Positions 38,798-48,500 of a stretch of DNA of 64,000 nt are shown one piece after another. Position numbers and translations under genes: made by a program. The stretch is from contig CAZJFL010000007.1 of assembly GCA_964545575.1 (NCBI GenBank), positions 31,848 through 95,847 of the forward strand. The letters run 5' to 3'. The notes under the pieces were generated by a model. That model saw only the letters and a list, made by a program, of their open reading frames with translations. It searched no databases and was not told the DNA's origin. Source of the DNA: an uncultured Planctomycetales bacterium. Lineage in GTDB: Bacteria > Omnitrophota > Gorgyraeia > Gygaellales > Profunditerraquicolaceae. How positions within the stretch are numbered: position 1 is the stretch's first letter; every line of letters begins with the position of its first letter.

Positions 38798-41347
38798 TTA
38801 AAATAAACTTAACTGCTCCTCGTCTTTATGCTCTTTTTCTTCGTCGCCGAAGATGGAAATTATCCCGTATTCTCCGTCGAAACCGGCCTTGATATTGACT
38901 TGTGCCTGGCGCACCCTGAAAACTCCCTCTGCCACGCGCGCAGGCAACCCTTTTAACAAATCCTCCTTAGAAGCACGCAGCAGGATTTCAAATTCCGTGC
39001 CGAACCTGGCTACTACGTTGCGATACTCTCTTTCTACGGCCAGCGAATTTTTGCCCACCCCTCTTGCCTCGGCAATAATCTCATCCAGCGGAATCAGGTG
39101 TTTAAAGGGGATTACTCCTGAAGGGGCATAGCCTTCGGGACGATCCGCTAGCTGCTCTACGCGGTTCATTACCCCGACAGTCACGGGCTTACCGCACTTC
39201 GGGCATCTGCCATTGTGAGCTTTGGTTTCCTTTGGCGACCAGCGCACTCCGCATAAGCGGTGGCCGTCGAAATGGTATTTGCCCTCTTCAGGAAAAAATT
39301 CGATGGTATATAAAAATCTGGATTTATCCTTGGTCCTGAGCACCTCTCTGATAGTTTTATAATTTAACTCACAATTAAATACATTTGCCTCCCGCCCGAT
39401 TTTAGAAGGAGAGTGGGCATCGCTATTAGATATCAGACTAAATCTATCTAACGCGCTGAGCCTCCAATTCATGGCAGGATCCGACGATAAACCTGTTTCC
39501 CCCGCAAATATTTTTGGGGTTTGCTTCTCAAAACAATCCTCTATTCTATCAAACCCGGACATTGAACCAAATAAAGAAAACCACGGTGTCCAGCAATTAT
39601 GAACAGCTGCAAATTCACAGACATAAGAATTATCATCTTCTACCTCTAAATTATATACGATGCCTTTATATTCTTTCTTTGTAATTGTCCGGACTGGCAA
39701 GTATGCATAATTATTATCTATCCAGCCGTGCCTAGCGGTCAATTTGGTTTTAAATTTTTTAAATAAGCCTTTTTTTAACAAATTAAATTTGTCTTCGAAA
39801 AAAGAAAGATTACTAAATTGAAAAAGATTATACTTTGCCGATATTCTCCTAGTTCCTATAAAATGCTTTCCGCGATTGTTATACTTCTCTATAGAATCTA
39901 CGCCTATCGATGGAATAATGCCTAGTTTTAAAAATATGATTTTCATTTGATTCATTAAATTCCTTGAAACAGTATAACCTTTATCACCAGCCCACCAACT
40001 TTTGATAATCTCTACCTGTTTTTGAAGTGGCAGGTTTAACATCCAATCCGGCAAAGACTTGGAATGCGCCTTTTTTGCTTTAACACTTGTATAGAATAAC
40101 CGGCTAAATAATTCATATAAAACTTTGGAATAGAAAATTAATTCTATTCCTTTTATATCTTTTTTAACCTGTTTTTTTGATAATCCGACGCCAAAGATTT
40201 TTTTCATTAAATCTATAACATCTTTTATGTATTCGCCCTCACTTTCCAAGAAACAAAACGCAACGCAATCTCTACCGTTTGTATACCCTTCAGAAACGAA
40301 ATATCCTGCAAGTCTACAGAAATTTTTATCAATATCGATATGGTTATTTATAAAATTAACCTTCGTCCCATGATAAGCTATTTTGTCTTTCTTTAAAATA
40401 AAATTTCCCAGTATCAATTTATTGATTTGTATCTCCTTTTTGTCTATGATTTGGCCATTAAACCTTGGAAAAATCATAATATCGCCTATTTCTATATCTT
40501 TAGCTTGGACCCATTGGGGATAATATTTATTAAAGAATTTACGCTTACAACCTTTATATTTTAACTGGGAGCAGTTTGGCATACAAAAACTGCCTCGTGA
40601 TGCACAATTTTTATAGGTTTTTATTAAATAAAAAGGGTGCTCCGGAGTGACTTTTATACCTTCTCGAAAATAATAAGGTTTTACATGAAATATGGGCCCC
40701 TCGTATTTTCTTTGTAATGATTGGGTTATCTTCTTAAATCTCATTTTATGAGTGTATGCATAATCTCTGACCGCGATATCTTTTATTGGTTTTAATCCTT
40801 TGCTGGTGTGTACCATTGTATCCGGCAAAAGACAATGGGCCGGGATGACCATGCAATTCTCGTCAATATCAAAAACTATCCGCGCCAGTTCTGATGCGTC
40901 CATCCCCAGTATCGGCCGGCCGTCTGAGGCTAAATTGCCGTGCCTGGCGAGCACTTCATTGATTTTGTCGGTGGTCTTAAAAGAAGGGCTGATCACCATG
41001 TTGTGGATACGGTAGCCCTTGCCGCCTTTGGAATAAATGCTGCTGATCTCAGAGGTTAAAATAAAATAAACCTCTTTGTACTTAAATAACCCGCTGCCTA
41101 AATCCTCCAAATTGTTTTTGAGCTCCTCCAGCCATAAATGATGGGTAAAATCGCCGGTGCCCATCAAGGTAATGCCTTTTAGCTTTGCCCACTCGGCAAT
41201 ATGCTGAATATCCATATCGCGCGATGTGGCGCGCGAATATTTGGAATGAATGTGGAAATCAGCGATAAATTCCATTACTTCATTATCTCCTCTAAAGTTT
41301 TCTCGACATTTCCCCAATGCGTGCCCTGCCAATAAATCCGGTTGCAT
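38798..41347 (-). CDS. PHP-domain nuclease (endonuclease-Q-like) interrupted by an intein; extein about 436 aa
   Basis: PHP-like FHIHSKYS at the N-terminus and a zinc ribbon CPKCGKPV in the C-extein. The extein length matches EndoQ-type proteins. Total length 849 aa. Confidence 0.5.
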   Translation of the reverse strand: MQPDLLAGHALGKCRENFRGDNEVMEFIADFHIHSKYSRATSRDMDIQHIAEWAKLKGITLMGTGDFTHHLWLEELKNNLEDLGSGLFKYKEVYFILTSEISSIYSKGGKGYRIHNMVISPSFKTTDKINEVLARHGNLASDGRPILGMDASELARIVFDIDENCMVIPAHCLLPDTMVHTSKGLKPIKDIAVRDYAYTHKMRFKKITQSLQRKYEGPIFHVKPYYFREGIKVTPEHPFYLIKTYKNCASRGSFCMPNCSQLKYKGCKRKFFNKYYPQWVQAKDIEIGDIMIFPRFNGQIIDKKEIQINKLILGNFILKKDKIAYHGTKVNFINNHIDIDKNFCRLAGYFVSEGYTNGRDCVAFCFLESEGEYIKDVIDLMKKIFGVGLSKKQVKKDIKGIELIFYSKVLYELFSRLFYTSVKAKKAHSKSLPDWMLNLPLQKQVEIIKSWWAGDKGYTVSRNLMNQMKIIFLKLGIIPSIGVDSIEKYNNRGKHFIGTRRISAKYNLFQFSNLSFFEDKFNLLKKGLFKKFKTKLTARHGWIDNNYAYLPVRTITKKEYKGIVYNLEVEDDNSYVCEFAAVHNCWTPWFSLFGSMSGFDRIEDCFEKQTPKIFAGETGLSSDPAMNWRLSALDRFSLISNSDAHSPSKIGREANVFNCELNYKTIREVLRTKDKSRFLYTIEFFPEEGKYHFDGHRLCGVRWSPKETKAHNGRCPKCGKPVTVGVMNRVEQLADRPEGYAPSGVIPFKHLIPLDEIIAEARGVGKNSLAVEREYRNVVARFGTEFEILLRASKEDLLKGLPARVAEGVFRVRQAQVNIKAGFDGEYGIISIFGDEEKEHKDEEQLSLF
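39596..40834 (-). mobile_element. Intein (413 aa) with LAGLIDADG-type homing endonuclease
   Basis: Splice-junction signature ...VIPAH|CLLPDTMV...AAVHN|CWTPW (Cys1, terminal HN, +1 Cys) and a LAGYFVSEGY DOD motif. Confidence 0.7.
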
Positions 41348-41733
41348 TTGGGGCAGGTGATAAAATCTTTTTGGGTCTTGAAAACATATTCCGGAACTTT
41401 ATCCTTTATTTTCTCTTTCTCAACGGCAACCAGCCCTACATTACACAGCAGGCAACGCGTAAACATCATGCTTTTGTCCGGGATAATCTCCAATTTTTTT
41501 ATTACCTCCGCTACCTGCTCCTTGATTTTCTCCGCCTCCAGCAGCACTATTTTTAAACCCCTGGATTTGGGCAAATGCGAATTACGGCTTAAAATGATGC
41601 GCTCATCTCTTAAGGCCTGGATGATCAAAGAGCCGGGATTATTTTCGGGAAAATACTCAGCATCAAACCCGAGCAGTCTTAGCCATTTCACTAGCCTGCC
41701 TAATTCCTGAGTCAGGATAAAGCGCATGGACAA
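41275..41733 (-). CDS. Mut7-C RNase-domain protein (DUF82; PIN-like plus zinc ribbon)
   Basis: RFILTQELGRLVKWLRLLGFDA... and CPKCNRIYW. Confidence 0.6.
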   Translation of the reverse strand: MSMRFILTQELGRLVKWLRLLGFDAEYFPENNPGSLIIQALRDERIILSRNSHLPKSRGLKIVLLEAEKIKEQVAEVIKKLEIIPDKSMMFTRCLLCNVGLVAVEKEKIKDKVPEYVFKTQKDFITCPKCNRIYWQGTHWGNVEKTLEEIMK

Positions 41734-42994
41734 CTCTCCCGCCGCAAAGCGTATATTCCACTAAGCCTTTTAAGACTTTACCTAAAAAGGCGGAATTTTT
41801 TGACTTGGAAACCAGTCCTGTCTTCTGAACCACCCATTCTTTATCCGGATCAACCACGATGATATCAGCATCCGCACCAAGGCTTAAGGTACCTTTAGCA
41901 ATGCCTAAAATTTGTGCCGGATTAAGGGACAGCTTTTTTACCAACTCAGGCCAGCTCAATAATTTCGGCGCGATTAACTCGGTAATGCTGACGGCTAAAA
42001 TAGTTTCTAATCCTCCGGTGCCGAATTCCGCGCGCTCAAATTCAATATCCTTTTCGTTCTCGGTGTGCGGGGCGTGGTCCGAGGCAATAGCATCAATGGT
42101 CCCGTTTTTTAGCCCCTCTTTAATCGCCTGCACATCTTCTTTGCTGCGTAGCGGCGGGTTAACTTTCATATTGGTATCGTACTCCAAAACCGCCTCTTCG
42201 TTTAAGGCAAAGTGGTGGGGAGCGGCTTCTGCCGTGACCTTGATTCCTTTAATCTTCGCTTTGGCGATGATTTCTACCGATTCTTTACAACTGACATGCG
42301 CGATATGCACCGGGGCGCCGGCTTTTTCTGCCAGCTCTATGTCTCTGGCTACTCTTTTATATTCCGACTCTTTAGGAATCCCTCTCAGGCCCAAGCGCGT
42401 AGAGGTAAAACCTAAATTCACTACCCCATTTCCGGAAAGAGCCTTGTCTTCGCTATGGCAGGTGACTAAAACTTTCTCTTGTTTTGCCTTTTTTAAAGCT
42501 TCTAACATTAGCGTATCGTCATCTACAGAAGCGCCGTCATCAGAAATAGCAATCGCGCTTTCTTTCTTAAGGCCGGCGATATCAGTTAATTCCTTGCCTA
42601 AGCGACCTTTAGTGATTGCTGCGCAAATAAAGACATTTACGCAGGCAGTTTTCTTAATAATCCCTTTTAATAACACAACATTCTCTACGCAATCTATCGG
42701 TGTCGAGGTATTCGGCATAGCTAAGACGGATGTGGCCCCGCCTTTGGCTGCGGCTTTGCTGCCGCTGGCGATAGTCTCTTTGTCTTCGCGCCCCGGCTCC
42801 CTTAAATGCACGTGCATATCTACGATGCCCGGCAGTACAATCTTACCGGCTGCCTCAATAACCGTATCCGCGTCGGCTTTGATATTTTTTGCGACCTTGG
42901 CAATACGGGAGTTTTCGACCAGAATATCCGCGATGCCGTCTAAGTTGTTTGCCGGGTCAATTACCCGGCCGTTTTTAATCAGTATCTTGGCCAT
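41663..42994 (-). CDS. pyrC: Dihydroorotase
   Basis: DMHVHLREPG and the cyclic-amidohydrolase fold. The start was moved to MAKILIKNGRV. Confidence 0.8.
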   Translation of the reverse strand: MAKILIKNGRVIDPANNLDGIADILVENSRIAKVAKNIKADADTVIEAAGKIVLPGIVDMHVHLREPGREDKETIASGSKAAAKGGATSVLAMPNTSTPIDCVENVVLLKGIIKKTACVNVFICAAITKGRLGKELTDIAGLKKESAIAISDDGASVDDDTLMLEALKKAKQEKVLVTCHSEDKALSGNGVVNLGFTSTRLGLRGIPKESEYKRVARDIELAEKAGAPVHIAHVSCKESVEIIAKAKIKGIKVTAEAAPHHFALNEEAVLEYDTNMKVNPPLRSKEDVQAIKEGLKNGTIDAIASDHAPHTENEKDIEFERAEFGTGGLETILAVSITELIAPKLLSWPELVKKLSLNPAQILGIAKGTLSLGADADIIVVDPDKEWVVQKTGLVSKSKNSAFLGKVLKGLVEYTLCGGRVVHALYPDSGIRQASEMAKTARV

Positions 42995-43918
42995 TTTTGT
43001 CGTGCCCCTGTGCCACCAAAAACAACACTGCCATGCGCACGGCAATGCCGTTGGTGACCTGCTCTAAAATTACGGAATTTACGCCGTCGGCGACTTCACT
43101 GGACATCTCAATGCCGCGGTTAATCGGCCCGGGATGCATCACCACAATATTCTTTTTGGCTTTTTTCAGGCGCTCTTCGGTAATCCCGAAGGTCTTAAAA
43201 TATTCTAACGCTTGAGGAAAGGCCGCCTTTTCATCGCGCTCAAATTGCATCCTGAGTACATTAATCGCGTCGGCGCCTTTTAGCGCTTCATCTATATTAT
43301 CGGTAATCCCCACCCCCATCTTTTCTATTTCCGGGGGAATAAGCATTTTGGGCGCGCAAACTTTGACCTTTGCCCCCAGCTTTGTCAGCCCCCAGATATT
43401 GGAACGCGCCACCCGCGAATGCGCGATATCCCCGGCAATGCTGACATTTAAACCTTCAATGTGGCCTAATTTTTCCTTTAAGGTAAAAATATCTAAGAGC
43501 GCCTGCGTCGGGTGTTCGTGCCAGCCGTCCCCGGCATTAACCACGCTAATATTTAAGTGCCGGGCAAGCATGGTCGCTGCGCCAGAGCAATTATGGCGCA
43601 TGACAATAATATCTGCTTTCAGGGCTTCGATATTCCTACCAGTATCTACTAAGGTCTCGCCTTTCTTGACGCTGGAAGTCTCCACCGCGATATTAATCAC
43701 ATCCGCGGATAATCTTTTGGCAGCTACCTCAAAGGAAACTCTGGTGCGGGTGGAGGGTTCGTAGAATAAATTGACTACGGTTTTTCCGCGCAGAGCCGGA
43801 ACTTTCTTGATATTTCTGCCGGAAACCTCTTTAAAGGATTCAGCCGTAGAAAGAATCAGCTCGATTTCTTCTTTAGTCAGATATTCCAGTCCTAATAAAT
43901 CTTTCTTAGCCCAGTTCA

Positions 43919-43919
<1 letters not shown>
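42975..43919 (-). CDS. pyrB: Aspartate carbamoyltransferase catalytic subunit
   Basis: STRTRVSFE, HPTQ and HPGP. Confidence 0.9.
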
Positions 43920-44503
<584 letters not shown>

Positions 44504-44590
44504 TTAAAATGTGTTAAAACTCTGGTTTCCATTTTTACTTTACCTTGCCGGCTTCTCAAGAGCCGGGCTTAAAGGTCCTTTCTATTGTGA
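44504..44590 (-). promoter_or_regulatory. pyr leader with PyrR-box-like anti-antiterminator hairpin
   Basis: The leader RNA contains UUUAAGCCCGGCUCUUGAGAAGCCGGC, a hairpin built on GCCGGCU/AGCCGGC, and CCAGAG...UUUAA elements. These resemble the UUUAA/GAGAAG/CCAGAGAGG features of Bacillus PyrR binding loops. Confidence 0.4.
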
Positions 44591-44593
44591 GTA

Positions 44594-44622
44594 AATATAA
44601 CATCCAAATAGCTACTTGTCAA
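44594..44622 (-). promoter_or_regulatory. Sigma70-like promoter of the pyrR operon (-35 TTGACA, 17 nt, -10 TATATT)
   Basis: Minus strand: cTTGACAagtagctatttggatgtTATATTtactc. Confidence 0.45.
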
Positions 44623-44642
44623 GAGGAAATTTTAAGGCGGTC

Positions 44643-45071
44643 TTAATCTCGCTCTAGGGGTATGATATAAGTTTTTATAAACTTTTGGATATATTTCACA
44701 ACCTCTTCTTTGGCGCCAGGCGGGCTCTCTGCTACCCACTTAGCAAAGTTGTAGAGCGTCTGGGTATCAACTTTTAACCATTTTTTCTCTTCATATAACA
44801 CATAAAATAAGGTTGTCATGGCAACCCTTTTATTCCCATTTTGAAAAGGATGGTTTTTAGTCATCAAATAGAAAAGAATAGCCGCTTTGGTAATAAAAGT
44901 GGGGTAGAGCTCTCTCGCCCCGAATGTCTGGAAAGGAGTCTCTAAGCAACTTTCCAAAATATTGGGGAAGCGCGTTGCGAATTCGGGTATTGGTTCGTCA
45001 AAAGAAAATTTTTGTTGCGCAATAAGAAAAGCTATGTGCTCTACTTCGGCAACGGTAAGTCTGTACATCAC
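44643..45071 (-). CDS. doc: Doc (death-on-curing) / Fic-family toxin
   Basis: Fic/Doc motif HPFQNGNKR. Confidence 0.75.
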   Translation of the reverse strand: MMYRLTVAEVEHIAFLIAQQKFSFDEPIPEFATRFPNILESCLETPFQTFGARELYPTFITKAAILFYLMTKNHPFQNGNKRVAMTTLFYVLYEEKKWLKVDTQTLYNFAKWVAESPPGAKEEVVKYIQKFIKTYIIPLERD

Positions 45072-45337
45072 CCCGCCCCCAGCTTCTTTAAAACTTCGCC
45101 GTATTCATTCATTGTCTTGGTTACCGCTTTTTGAATCTGGCTTTTTTCTCCTTCGCTTAAACTATGGCCTTTAACTTTGCGGATCTTCTTTATAATGTTA
45201 TTTCTGGGAATAGCAAAAATTTTCCCGATTCTTATCGCCTCAATTTCCCCTTTTTTAACCTTTTTATAGACCGCTATCCTGGTTATTCTTAAGATTTTCG
45301 CTACCTGGGCTATGGTTAGATATTCACTATTTTTCAT
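45068..45337 (-). CDS. HTH DNA-binding antitoxin (excisionase/MerR-like) paired with Doc
   Basis: LTIAQVAKILRITRIAVYKKVKKGEI helix-turn-helix. Overlaps the doc gene by 4 nt. Confidence 0.55.
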   Translation of the reverse strand: MKNSEYLTIAQVAKILRITRIAVYKKVKKGEIEAIRIGKIFAIPRNNIIKKIRKVKGHSLSEGEKSQIQKAVTKTMNEYGEVLKKLGAG

Positions 45338-45376
45338 TCTTGCACCTCTTTTATTTTATTGGGGTTACAGAGATAG

Positions 45377-45410
45377 TGTTAACTTATGTTAACTCGATTT
45401 TAATGGTTAA
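45377..45410. promoter_or_regulatory. Three GTTAAC palindromes (putative operator of the HTH-Doc module)
   Basis: gtGTTAACttatGTTAACtcgattttaatgGTTAACaa, lying 40-70 nt upstream of the antitoxin start. Confidence 0.35.
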
Positions 45411-45539
45411 CAAAAGATAACCAAGCATAATTTACCACGCTATTTTTGGTTAGTCAAGGGGTTTTTATACGGCAGGATAAATAAAAAGGGCGCCTGATTT
45501 TTTCTTCGGCAGGGTTTATGGCTGATAAACCTGGAAGGC

Positions 45540-48500
45540 TCAGACGCCCTTTTGTAAAGCCACTTTAATTTCCTGCGCCGGCTTTCCGGATTCAAGTAGA
45601 ACTAACAATTCCCTTAAAGCCGAATCCGTAGCGCAGCAACTCTCTTCTTCTAATCTTAAAATATCGGCAATACAGCTTAAGACTTTATCTATCTGCTGAT
45701 TAAAATCGCTCTTTTCGCAGTAGGCGGCCAAATATTCCTTGATTCTTTGAACAGATGGCGTAATCCCGGCGTTGAGCATATTCTCTATTTGCTGCCATTC
45801 TTTATCATTGCTTGCTACAGGCATCATTCCCGGAATAGGCCGTAACGCAGGAATTGCCCCGGGCATTCCCGCAGAAGGCGGGACACCCGCCAATCCGATA
45901 TGGCGGGGTGCTGGCTGGGTAATAATCGGCAGCGCGCGGAAATCGATACCGCCGGTACCGCCATCAGCCTTAGCTGATGCTGGGATAGGCTGACCAGCTG
46001 GCCCTCTCGAATTATCGCTGCCACCCGCTGGACGGTTAAGGTCGCCTGTGGCATTCGGCTGCTCTAATAATAGATAAGCGCATTTCCTACCCGGTACATT
46101 TCGTTTTAATGTCACCCTGCCGTATATCTGTTCTATTGCAGCAACAAGATTAAATTTATCTAACATATCATCTATTCTATCGCCATTACAAACAATGAAA
46201 CCGCCGTCAGAAAGCAACCGAGCTAAATCGGCAAGATGATTTAAGAATCTGCTGTAAGAAAGCCCTGGTTGATTTGATTGGGAAACTTCTGGCCGTAATA
46301 AGAATTGTATTGCTTCGTAACTATAGATAATATCTATCTTCGCGCCAGGAAATCTTCGCTCTATAGCCTTCGGTAAATTTTCAGCGACATCTACAATGAA
46401 TGTAACATTGTCGGGGATGCCTCCTTGTTCCGTTTCCGGAAAATAGGTATCGCCGAAAGCAATAATTTGAACATTATTACTTCTCGATTCTTTTAATTTA
46501 CGGGATAGGTCCTTTACTTCTTTTAAATTACCTGCGCCCCAAGCCAAAATATACAATGTCTCGTCTTTACTGCTCTTGGCTTTTGCCTTAGCAACAATCT
46601 GCTCGAATAGGGATCTATTCAAGAAACGAAATCTTTCCTTAAAAATAACCGCTAGGTCGGAGTCTACTGTGTCAAAAGAACTATCGGAAACAATCCAATA
46701 GTGATCCGTATGCATCCCCATGCTGCCATCTTCGTTAAGAAAAATCCTGCCTCCAGTTGGGCTTTCTTTAAGTTTTCTTTTTTGATCCGGGGTTAACTGT
46801 TCACTAAACACGATTTGTTCGTTATTATCCTCGGCGGCGGGCGCGGCGGTGGATGGCTGCGGAACACCGCTATAACCTGTAGTCGGCACATTAATATTTG
46901 CTCTTAAGGCGCGCTCTCTGCGTCCGAGAAAATAATCTACCACCTCTTTTTGAATCAACAGGGCAGCTAAGGGGTTAACAACAGAATCGTTTATCCCTCT
47001 AGCCTGGTCGATATCGTCCCGGGTCTCTGTTAAGCTGGCAGAAACTGCGCTGATTCGACCGTCAGCAGCGTGGGATAACTCGCTTATCGGCCCGTAATAA
47101 CGCGGCATCAATTGCATGGCCACGGCTAAAACGCTATTGGTGGTCATCGCTTTTTCTGAGCGTTCCACTAGCGGAGCTGTTTTAGGAAAGGCTTGCCTTA
47201 GCGCTGCCGAAGTGCCTACAGGAAAATCCATCAATCTGCGCGACTCGTTGGCGGTATAAACAAGCTTAATATCGATTTGCCTAAATATTGACGGGCGGCT
47301 GTAAACCCGGCCGATAATTTCTGTAGCCAAGTCTCTGGTGCTCCCATCGAATGCGGTATCAATGACAATGAATCTTTCCCCTTTATTCACTGCCTCTTCT
47401 GTAATACCAAAGCCGGCAAAAAGATTTTTTATTTCCTGCTGGAAAGCATAGTCTTTACGTCCTGCTGGAGAGATCAAGCGGCCCCGTAGCTTCAATAGCA
47501 GCGGCATGCTGACGTTAAAAAGCACTATCCGCTCAGCCTCTGGGCTGCCTTTCAGCACTGCTTGTAAAGCATCATAAATCATTTCGGCGTCCCTGCCGGC
47601 GATTAAAATCCTGCTGTGGGTGGATAAATATTTCTGTACTTCTTTTATTATTTGCTCTAGATACCCGCCCTCTAGCAGATGCCTGACTTCCTGAAAAGTC
47701 AAAGAATTCTCAATCGTTGCAATATTAACTTTGGCTTCTTCCTTGTTACCGGCTACCCTGGTAGCCGCAGCTAAGATATCATCCCGCGTAAAACTGGCTA
47801 CTTCATATGGGTGCGGACGAAGACTAGGCCGAAAAAGATATTTTTGAATACGCTCGGCGGTGGGCGCGGCGGCACTTTCTTTTTCCTTGGCTGATGGCGA
47901 CGCTGGTTGCGCTGGCGCAGGAGGAACTATTCCTAGCGGTAGCTCAATAAAGAAAGTCGTGCCTTTTCCGATTTCGCTTTTATACCAAATGTCGCCGCCG
48001 TAATCCTTAACCACCATCCTGGCTTCAGCCAGGCCTACGCCGCCTCCGGTACTAGATACCCAAAGGCTGAAGATATCCTGCTTCTGCATTGCTTCAGGTA
48101 TCCCCGGGCCTTTATCATTAATACTGATAATTACGCGGCGGCGAGCAGCATCACCTGTTATCTGTGTCCGAATAACTATCGGCTTTTCTCTTTCCTTTAT
48201 ATCTACCGGCCCTTGTCTTTCCTTTGTGTGGCGCCTGGCATTATCGATGATATTGGTAAGGATTACTCGCAATCTCAGATTATTACCCATAATAGGCAAA
48301 GGACTTGATTTAACAAAACTCACCTCCTCGACGTGCGGAGCAACAACGCTATCAATCAGATCCCCTAAATCGAACAACTTTGCCTTCCCTATATTTCCTT
48401 CAAAAAACATAATCCGATCCTGCAAAATAGTTAAAAGGCCATTAAACTCCTTTCTTATCCCGTCTTTGTCTTCATCTACGTGCGGATCATCAGACAAATT

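Noticed and set aside
41859-43067. 402-aa plus-strand ORF
   Set aside because: It lies entirely antisense to pyrC, which is well supported. Its Ser/Ala/Pro-rich low-complexity composition is typical of shadow ORFs in GC-moderate coding DNA, and it has no motif or SD.
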